Shown here: positions 29,719 to 39,795 of the stretch, piece after piece
How positions within the stretch are numbered: position 1 is the first letter of the stretch
Layout: the number at the start of each line of letters is the position of its first letter
DNA from: an uncultured Bdellovibrionales bacterium
GTDB taxonomy: Bacteria; Bdellovibrionota; Bdellovibrionia; Bdellovibrionales; UBA1609
Assembly (NCBI GenBank): GCA_903833275.1
Contig: CAILEP010000020.1
Coordinates: forward strand, 8,277-72,276
Length of the DNA stretch: 64,000 nt
Direction: 5' to 3'
Made by a program: the position numbers and the translations under genes
The notes under the pieces: model-generated
Told to the model about the DNA's origin: nothing
Databases searched by the model: none
Seen by the model: the letters and a program-made list of their open reading frames with translations, nothing else

Positions 29719-30285
29719 CTATTGGGGCTTTGCGCCCTCGGGCAGAACAGCGCTTGGCGCAGGCTGATTCTCTGCGGCATCCGCGTTTTCTTCGGCATCT
29801 GTCGGTACATACTGCAGCGCGCCCGTCGTCGCATTAAGTACAGCCTTTAAACAGGGCAGCAATTGAACGTTTACTTCGTTTGTATAAGCACTTTCCAAAA
29901 CTGACCCAGCATTTATCTTATAAGCAGTAGCAACAACATAGTAAGTTGCGGCAGTAAGGCCCGTTATAGTTTTCGTAGTTATTGTTGGGCCAACAATGTC
30001 ATCCATTTGGCCATAGGCGCCAGAAGCTGTGCCGTAATAGATTCGATAACCCGCGAGATCAGTGCACGGAGTGCCATCAACATTTGTTGTCGGCTGCGTC
30101 CAACGAACGGTAAATTGTGTTTTGCAAACAGGGGGCAGCGTGGGTGTTGGCGAAGGTGTCGGTGCCGGAGTCACGCCTGACAAAGAATTGTCAATTGTAC
30201 TGCTTCCGCCGTGAAAGCCTTGGCAGGCACTTAGCGTAATTTAAAAGCTGAAAAAAAGAAAAACGTAAGTTACCAAGGGTTTCAT
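29719..30285 (-). pseudogene. FN3-domain lipoprotein paralog with an in-frame TAA at codon 15 (30241-30243)
   Basis: MKPLVTYVFLFFSF*ITLSACQGF... is in frame with ORF 29719..30183; the upstream paralog has TTA (Leu) at this site. Confidence 0.75.
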
Positions 30286-30330
30286 AAAATCCTTATTGGC
30301 CCAAGGGGCCGTGTTCTTTGTTCGAAAAAT

Positions 30331-30864
30331 CTAGCGCGAAAGTTCTGTATTCAAAGCGCTTGTTGCAACTGAGCCATCGTCAACGGCAGGCACAGCGGGT
30401 AGAACGGCAACAATCTTACCAGTCATTGCATCAAAAACATTATTAGTGCAGGCAACGAGCTGTATGGCAGCCTCATTTGAGTAATCGCTTTCAACGACGG
30501 CGCCGCCGCGAATGGCATAGGCAGTGCCAGAAATATAGTAAGTGCTGGCGGCCATGTTGGTAATTAATTTCGACTTTATGGCAGGGTCGGCGATGTCGAT
30601 CATTTGCGGGTAAGTGTGCGTAGCTGTCCCGTAATAGATGCGAAAGCCCGCAAGGTCTGTAAGCGGCGTATTGTCGGTGTTAGATGTCGGAGGCGTCCAC
30701 GACACAGTCACTTGTGTATCGCATTTAGCTGGAGGCGTGCCTCCACCAGGGTTGTTATTCAGACTGCTGTTCAAAGAGCTGTCGCCAGCGCGAAAGGCTT
30801 GGCAGGCAGAGAGCGTAATTAAAAAGCCCAAAGAGACAATGGTTCGAATTGCTGAATTTTTCAC
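30331..30864 (-). CDS. Fibronectin type III domain lipoprotein
   Basis: GGAGG SD plus GTG 30864; lipobox LSAC; WTPPTSNTDNTPLTDLAGFRIYYGT...ESDYSNE. Confidence 0.8.
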   Translation of the reverse strand: MKNSAIRTIVSLGFLITLSACQAFRAGDSSLNSSLNNNPGGGTPPAKCDTQVTVSWTPPTSNTDNTPLTDLAGFRIYYGTATHTYPQMIDIADPAIKSKLITNMAASTYYISGTAYAIRGGAVVESDYSNEAAIQLVACTNNVFDAMTGKIVAVLPAVPAVDDGSVATSALNTELSR

Positions 30865-30869
30865 GAAAA

Positions 30870-30932
30870 CCTCCACAGCGCTCACCATAGGGCTGAACTT
30901 CCAAGTTCACAAAGCGATGGGGCGGCTGGAGG
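30870..30932 (-). promoter_or_regulatory. Structured 5' leader that sequesters the SD of the FN3 lipoprotein operon
   Basis: Nested complementarity CCTCC(A)/(T)GGAGG, AGC/GCT, CCAT/ATGG, TGAACT/AGTTCA. Confidence 0.5.
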
Positions 30933-31029
30933 CGTGATTAAATAATTTTCATCACAAACAAGAGAGCGTGTAGATAATAAAGAAAAACTTAGAGCTAAAT
31001 ATCGCTAGGCAGCAGAGGGGCTGGCGTAA

Positions 31030-32601
31030 TTAGAGTGTAACGCTTTCTCGATAGCGTCCAAAAACGCCCCGTAGGGTATCGCAAATTTCGCCAAGGGTGA
31101 CCTTGTTTTCGACCGCGGTCACAAAAAGTGGCATAAGATTTTCGCGACCCTCAGCCGCGCGCTGAATTTGCGAGAGGCATTCGGCAACAATTTTTGGTCG
31201 GCGATTTTTTTTAAATTTTTTAAGACGCTGCACTTGTTCTTTAGCCACCGACTCACTGATTCTGAGGGTTTCGATATCACTCGGCGCGGCCTCGGCGAAA
31301 TCATTAACTCCGACAATAATCTCGCGTTTAGCATCAACGTCTTTTTGGTATTGATAGGCCGAGTTTTGAATCTCGCCCTGAAGCCAACCGCTTTCAATAC
31401 ACGCGACAACTCCGCCTAAAGATTCAATGCGTGTAATATACTCTTGAGCGCGTTTTTCGAGTTCATCGGTTAAAGATTCGACGTAAAAAGAGCCACCCAT
31501 CGGGTCGATAACATCAGCCACCCCCGATTCGTTGGCGACGATTTGTTGAGTGCGAACGGCAATCGTCGCGGCCTTTTCAGTTGGGAGCCCAAGGGCCTCA
31601 TCCATTGAATTGGTATGGAGGCTCTGTGTGCCGCCTAAAACGGCTGCGAGCGCCTGCAGGGTTACACGGGCAATGTTATTCTCGGGCTGTTGAGCGGTGA
31701 GAGTGACCCCGGCAGTTTGGGTGTGAAAGCGTAATTTCTGCGAGCGGGGGTCTTGGGCGTTGAATCGATCTTTCATAATTCGGGCCCACATGCGGCGAGC
31801 CGCCCTAAACTTCGCGACTTCTTCGAAAAAATTATTGTGAACGTTAAAAAAGAAACTCAAGCGACGCCCAAACTCGTCGATGTTGAGGCCCGTGGCTAGC
31901 GCCGCCTCAACATAGGTGATCGCATTTGCTAAAGTAAAGGCAAGTTCTTGAGTGGCCGTCGCGCCGGCTTCTCGAATATGATAGCCCGAAATACTGATGG
32001 TGTTCCATTGCGGGGCTTCTCGAGAGCAATAATCAAAAATATCGGTAATAATGCGAAGGCTCGGTTTCGGAGGGTAAATGTAAGTGCCGCGGGCGATGTA
32101 CTCTTTGAGCAAATCGTTTTGTATGGTGCCGCGCAAGTCGGCGGTTTTTACTCCACGCTTTTTTGCAACAGCTATGTAAAGGGCCAATAAAACCCCGGCC
32201 GTCGAGTTGATTGTCATCGAGGTCGAGATGTCTTTGAGTGGCAATTTATCGAGTAGAATCTCCATGTCTTCGAGCGAAGAAATCGCAACGCCGACTTTGC
32301 CCACTTCTCCTGACGACATTACGTGATCAGAGTCGTAACCCATTTGCGTTGGCAAATCGAAGGCCACGCTGAGGCCGGTCGTGCCTTTTTTTAAGAGCAT
32401 GCGATAGCGAAGATTACTCTCTTTGGCCGAACCAAAGCCAGCATACTGGCGCATCGTCCAAAATTGGCCGCGGTACATCGACTCTTGCACGCCGCGAGTA
32501 AAGGGGTACTGGCCGGGCTTGGGTAATTCTCCAGTGGCACCGGCTTCGTAAAAGGGCTGAAGCTCAATGCGACTCGAATTAAAGAACTTCTCTTTTCTCA
32601 C
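31030..32601 (-). CDS. Methylmalonyl-CoA mutase large (substrate-binding) subunit without a B12-binding domain
   Basis: [34 protein letters not shown] (Tyr/Arg specificity pair of MCM), QSLHTNS. Confidence 0.92.
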   Translation of the reverse strand: MRKEKFFNSSRIELQPFYEAGATGELPKPGQYPFTRGVQESMYRGQFWTMRQYAGFGSAKESNLRYRMLLKKGTTGLSVAFDLPTQMGYDSDHVMSSGEVGKVGVAISSLEDMEILLDKLPLKDISTSMTINSTAGVLLALYIAVAKKRGVKTADLRGTIQNDLLKEYIARGTYIYPPKPSLRIITDIFDYCSREAPQWNTISISGYHIREAGATATQELAFTLANAITYVEAALATGLNIDEFGRRLSFFFNVHNNFFEEVAKFRAARRMWARIMKDRFNAQDPRSQKLRFHTQTAGVTLTAQQPENNIARVTLQALAAVLGGTQSLHTNSMDEALGLPTEKAATIAVRTQQIVANESGVADVIDPMGGSFYVESLTDELEKRAQEYITRIESLGGVVACIESGWLQGEIQNSAYQYQKDVDAKREIIVGVNDFAEAAPSDIETLRISESVAKEQVQRLKKFKKNRRPKIVAECLSQIQRAAEGRENLMPLFVTAVENKVTLGEICDTLRGVFGRYRESVTL

Positions 32602-32607
32602 GGCCGA

Positions 32608-33132
32608 TTACTTTTCAAAGGTCACAAGAAGCGCGCCAGTTTCAATTGTGTCGCCATCTTTAACATGAATAGATTTAATTTTTGCGTCGGTGCTCGCCCG
32701 CATTTCGTTTTCCATTTTCATGGCTTCCATAATTAACATGGGGTCGCCCGCCTTCACGGTCTGCCCAGGAGTGATAAAAACTTTCACAATTTTACCAGGC
32801 ATTTCTGAAATGAGATTATCAGTTGAGCCAAGTGGCGAGCCGCCCTTCAGGCTCTCGTGCAAAATCTTTTCTTCGTTGTAAAGCTTTACAGTTCTGAACG
32901 CGCCGCGGGTGTAGACTGTTTGGTCGATACCGCTCGAAGTGACATCGAGAAGGTAAGAGCTGTTTTGAAACAAAAAACTAATGGTGTCGTCCATGTACTG
33001 ATAATCAGTTTTTGAGAAAGCGTAATGAGTCCAGTTTTCGCCATCGGGTTTAAGCGAAACCTGCCAGCCCTCGCGCGTTTCGCGCACATTCATCTCATAC
33101 TTCATGTTGTTCGATTCGGCTTTGAAATACAT
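32608..33132 (-). CDS. Biotin carboxyl carrier protein of an acyl-CoA carboxylase
   Basis: EAMKMENE biotinylation motif. Confidence 0.93.
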   Translation of the reverse strand: MYFKAESNNMKYEMNVRETREGWQVSLKPDGENWTHYAFSKTDYQYMDDTISFLFQNSSYLLDVTSSGIDQTVYTRGAFRTVKLYNEEKILHESLKGGSPLGSTDNLISEMPGKIVKVFITPGQTVKAGDPMLIMEAMKMENEMRASTDAKIKSIHVKDGDTIETGALLVTFEK

Positions 33133-33139
33133 TACAACC

Positions 33140-34639
33140 TCACCTGTCTCTCATCTGTCGGCTGCGACCCATGGTCTTCCAGCGGCTGGCCATATTGATT
33201 TGCGAAACATCGCGGCCCTTGGCGCGCTGATAGGCTTCGATGGCGGCGGTAATTAGAAATACATGCTCGTCGACAAACATAAAGAGCTTTTGCTTTTTGC
33301 CGACGATATCCTTTTCGATAAACTGCGTCGTGTACGAGCCATCAAGAAATGTCGGGTGCGCTAGAATATTTTTATGCAAAACAATATTGCTCTTAATGCC
33401 AGTCAGCATAAATTCAGCGAGCGCTCGCTGTAATCGGCGAATTGCCTCATCGCGGGTATGCCCCCAGGCAATAAGTTTTGCGATCATTGGGTCGTAATGA
33501 ATTGGGATTTCGTAACCGGGGTAGGCGTAGCCGTCAACGCGAACAAAAGGACCTTGTGGAGTGCGACAGCGGCGGATTTTGCCTGGCGCCGGGGCAAAGG
33601 TCACTGGGTCTTCAGCGCAGATGCGAAGTTCGATAGCATGGCCACGCTGCTTTACATCTTCTTGTTTGAATGAAAGCGGGTGGCCATGGGCAACACGAAT
33701 TTGTTCTTGAACGAGATCAATGCCAGTTACGAATTCAGTAACTGGGTGTTCAACCTGCAGGCGGGTATTCATCTCCATAAAGAAAAATTCTTTAGTGCTG
33801 TTGTCAAAAATAAATTCGATGGTGCCGGCGCCAAGGTAATTTAAACTTTTGGCTGCTTTTACGGCGATGCGACCCATCTCTTCGCGCACGCTTTGGGGCA
33901 CCGAAATAGACGGTGATTCTTCAATCAACTTTTGGTGTCGGCGCTGCACCGAGCATTCGCGCTCAAACAAATGACAAACATTGCCATGCTTGTCGCCAAA
34001 AACCTGAAGCTCAATATGTTTCGGGCTCTGCACATAACGCTCGATAAAAACGCGATCATCACCAAATGAGTTTTTGCCCTCAGATTGGCAGGCCCGAAAG
34101 GCCGAAGCCAAATCTTCTTTGGCATGAACAACGCGAATGCCCTTGCCGCCGCCGCCAGCCGAAGCTTTGATAATAACGGGGTAGCCAATTTCATGCGCCC
34201 ACTTGCTTGCATCTTCAACAGACGTCACGGCGCCAGGGGTGCCGGGCACGATCGGAACGCCAGCTTTTTTCATCAATTCTCGAGAGGCGATTTTGTCGCC
34301 CATGTCGCGAATATTTTTCGGGGTCGGGCCAATAAAAGTAATCTCCGCCTTTTCGAGAGCTTCGGCGAAGTCGGCCGATTCGCTTAAAAACCCATAGCCT
34401 GGGTGAACGGCGTCGGCTCTTGAGCGTTTTGCGACCTCGATTATTTTTTCAATATTGAGATAAGACTCACGGCTCGGCGCGGGCCCAATGTTGTAGGCTT
34501 CATCGGCGAGCATAACATGAAGACTGTTGCGATCGGCGTCACTGAACACGGCGACCGATTGAATTCCAAGCGTGCGGCAGGCGCGAATTACGCGAATTGC
34601 GATCTCGCCTCGATTAGCTATAAGAATTTTCTTAAACAT
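33140..34639 (-). CDS. Biotin carboxylase subunit (propionyl-CoA carboxylase alpha-type)
   Basis: ANRGEIA, HPGYGFLSE, GGGGKG, RECSVQRRHQK, EMNTRLQVEH. Confidence 0.95.
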   Translation of the reverse strand: MFKKILIANRGEIAIRVIRACRTLGIQSVAVFSDADRNSLHVMLADEAYNIGPAPSRESYLNIEKIIEVAKRSRADAVHPGYGFLSESADFAEALEKAEITFIGPTPKNIRDMGDKIASRELMKKAGVPIVPGTPGAVTSVEDASKWAHEIGYPVIIKASAGGGGKGIRVVHAKEDLASAFRACQSEGKNSFGDDRVFIERYVQSPKHIELQVFGDKHGNVCHLFERECSVQRRHQKLIEESPSISVPQSVREEMGRIAVKAAKSLNYLGAGTIEFIFDNSTKEFFFMEMNTRLQVEHPVTEFVTGIDLVQEQIRVAHGHPLSFKQEDVKQRGHAIELRICAEDPVTFAPAPGKIRRCRTPQGPFVRVDGYAYPGYEIPIHYDPMIAKLIAWGHTRDEAIRRLQRALAEFMLTGIKSNIVLHKNILAHPTFLDGSYTTQFIEKDIVGKKQKLFMFVDEHVFLITAAIEAYQRAKGRDVSQINMASRWKTMGRSRQMRDR

Positions 34640-34654
34640 AAAACCTCTTTATTA

Positions 34655-36226
34655 TCAGAGCGGGATGTTGCCGTGTTTTTTGGGCGGGTTGCTCGTGCGC
34701 TTGTTTCTCAGCATTTCAAGCGAATCAATGATTCGCTTACGAGTAAAGGCCGGCTCAATCACTTCGTCGATGTAGCCCATTTCAGCGGCCACATACGGGT
34801 TATTAAACTGTTTCTCATACTCTTTGATTAGGCGCTGGCGCTCTTCTTCTGGAAACTTTGCATTTTTAATTTCATTTCTGAAAATAATATTGACCGCGCC
34901 TTCGGCCCCCATAACGGCAATTTCAGCTGTTGGGTAAGCAAGGTTCACATCGCCCCGAATATGTTTCGAAGACATAACGCAATAAGCGCCACCATAAGCT
35001 TTGCGAGTCACGATTGTAATTTTCGGCACCGTCGCTTCGGCATAGGCGTAAAGTAATTTTGCGCCGTGAGTGATAATGCCACTCCATTCTTGATCGGTGC
35101 CAGGCAAAAACCCGGGGACGTCTTCAAAGGTCACAATTGGTATATTAAAGGCGTCACAAAAACGAATAAATCGCGCGGCCTTTACGGAGGCTGAAATATT
35201 CAAACAGCCGGCAAGCACGGCCGGTTGATTGGCAACGATGCCGACCGAACGGCCGTTAAATCTTGCAAAGCCCACAATAATATTTTTCGCATAATGTTTG
35301 TGAACTTCGAGAAAATAGCCCTCATCTACGACTTTGCCAATAAGCTGAAGCATGTCGTAGGGTTTTTTCGGGTTATCTGGGATAAAAGTATTCAAAGATT
35401 CTTCGATGCGATCAGGGCGATCGCGGGTCGGTATGACTGGCGAGTCGTCAACATTGTTGCTTGGCAAGAAATTAAGCAGCTCGCGAATCATAAGCAGGCA
35501 GTGGCGATCGTCGTCGGTGGCGAAGTGGGCAACCCCCGACTTCTGATTGTGAGTAAGTGCTCCGCCGAGGTCTTCTTTGCTCACGTCTTCATGGGTGACA
35601 GTCTTAATTACGTCAGGGCCAGTTACAAACATGTAGCTGGTGTTCTTCACCATAAAAATAAAATCAGTGATGCTGGGGCTATAGACCGCGCCACCAGCGC
35701 ACGGGCCCATAACGGCGCTAATCTGCGGCACGACGCCCGAGGTTGTAACGTTTCGAAGAAAAATATCAGCGTAGCCGCCGAGTGACTCGACGCCCTCTTG
35801 AATTCGAGCGCCGCCCGAATCGTTGAGGCCAATAATGGGTGCGCCATTCTTGGTGGCGAGGTCCATGATTTTACAAATTTTGTTGGCCTGGGTGCGCGAC
35901 ATGCTGCCGCCGAACACGGTGAAATCTTGGCTGTAAACATAGACTAATTTGCCGTTAATTCGACCATAGCCGGTGATGACGCCATCGCCGGGTATATGTT
36001 TATCGGCCATGCCGAAATTTTGGCTTCGATGGGTTACAAAGCGATCGACTTCGACAAAACTACCTGGGTCGAGCAAAACGTCTAAGCGCTCTCGAGCGGT
36101 GAGGCGGCCGCCCGCCTTTTGCTTTTCGACGCGATCTTCGCCGCCGCCGTCGAACGCAGCTTGATTGCGCGCTTCAAGTTCTTTTAATTTCAGTTGGCTT
36201 ATCGACTGAGCGTCAAGTTCTGCCAT
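34655..36226 (-). CDS. pccB: Propionyl-CoA carboxylase beta (carboxyltransferase) subunit
   Basis: [28 protein letters not shown]-terminal KKHGNIPL. Confidence 0.93.
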   Translation of the reverse strand: MAELDAQSISQLKLKELEARNQAAFDGGGEDRVEKQKAGGRLTARERLDVLLDPGSFVEVDRFVTHRSQNFGMADKHIPGDGVITGYGRINGKLVYVYSQDFTVFGGSMSRTQANKICKIMDLATKNGAPIIGLNDSGGARIQEGVESLGGYADIFLRNVTTSGVVPQISAVMGPCAGGAVYSPSITDFIFMVKNTSYMFVTGPDVIKTVTHEDVSKEDLGGALTHNQKSGVAHFATDDDRHCLLMIRELLNFLPSNNVDDSPVIPTRDRPDRIEESLNTFIPDNPKKPYDMLQLIGKVVDEGYFLEVHKHYAKNIIVGFARFNGRSVGIVANQPAVLAGCLNISASVKAARFIRFCDAFNIPIVTFEDVPGFLPGTDQEWSGIITHGAKLLYAYAEATVPKITIVTRKAYGGAYCVMSSKHIRGDVNLAYPTAEIAVMGAEGAVNIIFRNEIKNAKFPEEERQRLIKEYEKQFNNPYVAAEMGYIDEVIEPAFTRKRIIDSLEMLRNKRTSNPPKKHGNIPL

Positions 36227-36259
36227 AAAAACACCTCATCCAAATATTTTAAATTAATT

Positions 36260-37549
36260 TTATGGATAGTTGCGGCCGTATAGACGCGGAAAGGGGATTG
36301 TCTCTCTCACGTGCTGAACGCCACAAATCCACGCTACTGTTCTTTCAACCCCGAGCCCAAACCCGGCATGCGGAAACGATCCAAATCTTCGCAAATCTAA
36401 AAACCACTCGAAGTCGGCGCGATTTAATTTGTGCTCTTCGATTTTTTTCAACAGCAACTCAAGATTGTCTTCACGTTGCCCGCCGCCAATAATTTCGCCA
36501 TACCCTTCGGGCGCGAGTAAATCGCAGCTCATAGAGTGCTCGGGGCTTTTCTCATCTTGCTTCATATAGAAAGCCTTAACGGCGGTCGGAAAGTGGTGCA
36601 CAAAAACAGGCTTATCGAATTTGGCGCAAACAATGGCTTCATCCGGGGCGCCAAAGTCGTCACCAATTACAAACTCAGGGTTTTCTTTTTTAATCATCGC
36701 AGCGGCTTCGTCGTAATGAACGCGCGGAAAGGGCCCCTTCACTTTTAACAAAGGCTCAAGATTTCTCTCGAGTGCCTTCAGCTCTTCAGGGCGATTTTTG
36801 ATCGTTCGTTGTACGATGTATTCGACAAACTGTTCGGCGAGCTCCATGTTGTCATAGAGATCATTGAAGGCAACCTCGGGCTCGACCATCCAGAATTCGA
36901 TTAGGTGGCGGCGGGTTTTTGATTTCTCGGCGCGAAACGTGGGCCCGAAACAATAAACTTTGCCGAGCGCGGCACAGGTCGCCTCAGCATAAAGCTGACC
37001 GCTTTGCGAGAGATAGGCCATCTCATCAAAGTATTTAGTTTGAAAAAGTGTTGAGGTGCCTTCACAGGCGCTTGGCGTAAATATGGGCGAATCGGCAAGA
37101 GTAAAGCCGCGGCCATTGAAAAAATCACGAATCGCACTGATCACTTCGGCGCGAACGCGCAAAACAGCGTGCTGTAGTTTTGACCGAATCCAAAGGTGCC
37201 GGTTGTTCATTAAAAAATCGGGGCCGTGCTCTTTTGGGGTTATCGGATAATTTTCGGCGCGTTGAATAATTTTAAACGACTGCGCGGTCATTTCAAAGCC
37301 ACCCGGGCTGCGCGGTTCGGCCTTGATTGTGCCGGTCACAGTAACGGTCGACTCTTGGGTGAGCTGTTCGAAGTTAGTGAAACTATCTTCTTCACAGTGA
37401 CCCTTCGCAAACACGCACTGGCAGTAGCCCGTGCCGTCGCGAACGACTAAAAATTTAACTTTGCCCGAAGAACGATGGTGATAAGCCCACCCTTTGAGTT
37501 CGATGGACTGCCCCACGTGATTCTTTAAGTCTTCAATCCAAATTTTCAT
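36260..37549 (-). CDS. asnS: Asparagine-tRNA ligase
   Basis: OB fold, [40 protein letters not shown]. Confidence 0.95.
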   Translation of the reverse strand: MKIWIEDLKNHVGQSIELKGWAYHHRSSGKVKFLVVRDGTGYCQCVFAKGHCEEDSFTNFEQLTQESTVTVTGTIKAEPRSPGGFEMTAQSFKIIQRAENYPITPKEHGPDFLMNNRHLWIRSKLQHAVLRVRAEVISAIRDFFNGRGFTLADSPIFTPSACEGTSTLFQTKYFDEMAYLSQSGQLYAEATCAALGKVYCFGPTFRAEKSKTRRHLIEFWMVEPEVAFNDLYDNMELAEQFVEYIVQRTIKNRPEELKALERNLEPLLKVKGPFPRVHYDEAAAMIKKENPEFVIGDDFGAPDEAIVCAKFDKPVFVHHFPTAVKAFYMKQDEKSPEHSMSCDLLAPEGYGEIIGGGQREDNLELLLKKIEEHKLNRADFEWFLDLRRFGSFPHAGFGLGVERTVAWICGVQHVRETIPFPRLYGRNYP

Positions 37550-37599
37550 AAGACTTAAAGGATTATAATCTGTTGATTTTTAAGGCAAAAAGAAACGAC

Positions 37600-37625
37600 A
37601 CGCGTCGGAGGTCGTCTCGACGCGT
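37600..37625 (-). terminator. Probable intrinsic terminator of the subtilase gene
   Basis: ACGCGTCG-N10-CGACGCGT stem, followed on the minus strand by GTCGTTTCTTTTT. Confidence 0.55.
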
Positions 37626-37641
37626 TATGGGTGATTTGTGC

Positions 37642-38916
37642 TTACTTCAGCGAGCTTAAGTTGAGCCGACCGCCCGTAGCGTTCATATAGGTGCTGTCTG
37701 TGGTCACAGAACCCAAAATGCTGTTGCGAATAAGCGACATGCTAGAGCTCGGGTTGGCCGAGATCCATACGGCTGCTGCGCCCGATACAAACGGCGTCGC
37801 CATGCTCGTGCCACTATAAGCGGCGTAACTGCCCATGGCCACTGGCACGGTGCTGATGATGTTTGAGCCGGGCGAAAAGAGTTGGACGAGTTTTCGGCTG
37901 TAATTCGAATAGTCGGCTTGCAGGAGTGTCGGCGTAAGGGCCCCAACAGTAATTTGCAGCGGCAGATCGTAAGCCGCCGGATATTCTGGAGCAAGTTCGA
38001 TATTCGCGGCGCTGTTGCCTGCAGCCGAAACGAACAAAACATTCTTTGCGCTAAGATCGGCGATTTTTTGTTTCAAGGCATTAGAGCAACCGTTGCCGCC
38101 CCAGCTTGCGTTGATAATTTTGGCGCCGCGAAGAACGGCGTAATCGATGCCCTGAAGCGCTGAGCTCAGCGTGCCGCCATCAACTCCGAGAAATTTAACA
38201 GGCAAAATCTTGGCAGACGGGGCGACCCCTTCTACGTGACCAGTCATAATTTGGGTGTCTGCGTGTTCGGCCGCGATAATTCCAGATACATGGGTGCCGT
38301 GGCCGACGTCATCGAGCATTTGGCCACTATTGCTTTCGAAATTGTAGCCGGCGTAATCGTCGACGAACCCGTTATTGTCATCGTCTACGCCATTGCTGCG
38401 TTTGTCGCGACCGACAGAGTCGGCACCAGCCTCTCCGGTGTTGTAAAAAATTTGGTTAACAAGTTGGGGGTGTGTCACGTCGACGCCCGAGTCGACGACG
38501 GCCACAATAACATTTTGACCGCGATAGCCAGCTTGCCATGCAGTCGGAGCACTAATTGAGCCCGGGCCCCAATTGTCTATGTCGGCACCCGACAGTGCGG
38601 GGGCCACTGCCGACGCCGTTACCTTAACAGTATTTTCTACATTAATTTTTTGATCGTATTCGACGAAATCAATAGCATCGATGTTGGGCCGCACAAATTT
38701 TTCAACAAAATCAGCGCGCCCCTTTGCCGTCGGATAGGCCCATTGTCCGTTCAAATAATGCACAATATATTTTGTTTGAACAGCTGCGCCGTTGCAGGTG
38801 GTGTTCAGAGAGCTGTCGACTTTGTCGAATTTATTTACCGGGGCGCAGGCTGAAAGCCCCCCGAGAACAGCTAATAAAAGAACCAAGGCGTATATGTTTT
38901 TCTCTAAAGGTTGCAT
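37642..38916 (-). CDS. S8 subtilisin-family serine protease, lipoprotein
   Basis: Lipobox LSAC; catalytic triad motifs VDSG, HGTHVSG, GTSMATP. Confidence 0.95.
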   Translation of the reverse strand: MQPLEKNIYALVLLLAVLGGLSACAPVNKFDKVDSSLNTTCNGAAVQTKYIVHYLNGQWAYPTAKGRADFVEKFVRPNIDAIDFVEYDQKINVENTVKVTASAVAPALSGADIDNWGPGSISAPTAWQAGYRGQNVIVAVVDSGVDVTHPQLVNQIFYNTGEAGADSVGRDKRSNGVDDDNNGFVDDYAGYNFESNSGQMLDDVGHGTHVSGIIAAEHADTQIMTGHVEGVAPSAKILPVKFLGVDGGTLSSALQGIDYAVLRGAKIINASWGGNGCSNALKQKIADLSAKNVLFVSAAGNSAANIELAPEYPAAYDLPLQITVGALTPTLLQADYSNYSRKLVQLFSPGSNIISTVPVAMGSYAAYSGTSMATPFVSGAAAVWISANPSSSMSLIRNSILGSVTTDSTYMNATGGRLNLSSLK

Positions 38917-38937
38917 CCATGCACCCCCTTCAAGTAG

Positions 38938-38965
38938 TTGTCGGTTTAAAAGGGGGTTTCGGTTA
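38938..38965 (-). promoter_or_regulatory. Possible sigma28 (FliA)-type promoter of the subtilase gene
   Basis: TAAC-N16-ACCGACAA compared with the consensus TAAA-N15-GCCGATAA. Confidence 0.4.
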
Positions 38966-39061
38966 GTCGAGGTTCAACTAAAGCACAGCAGGCTCGACCT
39001 ATTGTCGGGCGAGACGATTATAAAAAAATAGAATTAAAAATTAACCGATTGTGCGGGCAGA

Positions 39062-39793
39062 CTAAAGGGCAGCAGCGGCGGTCAGTTTTAAAATAACTAA
39101 CTGCTCGTGGTTTTGAAAAGAAAAGTGCACGTCGAGCCCATCGACCATCACGACATGAGAATCGCGGTAATGAGACTCGCCGCCTGTTGGGCCTTGATAC
39201 ACCAAGGGGCGCGGGTCGAGAGCGACAGTGTCTTCGATCATGTCTTTTAAATCAGAAATATCGGTTTGGGTTGGGCGCGCCTCTTGAAGTGCGAGTTGCG
39301 CTTGGGGGCTCCACTCAATCGCCACTTGGCGCGCCGAAAGCTCTTCGCTCCAGCCGCTGCGAGCGTCGGGCCGTGATTCAATTTCGCGAAGGTAAGGCTT
39401 GATATCAAGAATGGGCGTTTCGTCGAGTAAATCGGCGCCGCGAACCCAAATGCCATTTGCTTCAACGCTTTCGATTTCGAGAAGCGAAAGCCCGATTGGG
39501 TTCGGGCGATGTGGTGATCTGGTAGCAAAAATCCCAACAGTTTTGCCGCGCAATCTCGGCGGGCGAACCTTCGCGTGAAAGCGCGCATTGTCATTTCTAT
39601 GAAAATAAAAAATGGCCCAGATGTGCGAAAACTCTTTTAGGCCATCAAGAGAAAGTTCGGGCTGAACGCGGGGTAAAATTTCGAGAAATGCGCGCGCGCC
39701 ACGAACCAAACCCGGTTGTCGGGGCACGCCAAATTTTTGTTTGTAGGCTGAGCGTACGTGGCCGATGGGTTCAATTGGCGGCAATGATTTCAT
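39062..39793 (-). CDS. trmO: tRNA m6t6A37 methyltransferase TrmO (TsaA)
   Basis: KFGVPRQPGL, GIFATRSPHRPNPIGLS, TPILDIKPY. Confidence 0.92.
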   Translation of the reverse strand: MKSLPPIEPIGHVRSAYKQKFGVPRQPGLVRGARAFLEILPRVQPELSLDGLKEFSHIWAIFYFHRNDNARFHAKVRPPRLRGKTVGIFATRSPHRPNPIGLSLLEIESVEANGIWVRGADLLDETPILDIKPYLREIESRPDARSGWSEELSARQVAIEWSPQAQLALQEARPTQTDISDLKDMIEDTVALDPRPLVYQGPTGGESHYRDSHVVMVDGLDVHFSFQNHEQLVILKLTAAAAL

Positions 39794-39795
39794 TT

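Noticed and set aside
30870-30960. c-di-GMP-I (GEMM) riboswitch, suggested by GCCTCCAGCC
   Set aside because: Lacks the GCAAAC/GAAA tetraloop/GCAAA elements; reported instead as an unclassified structured leader.
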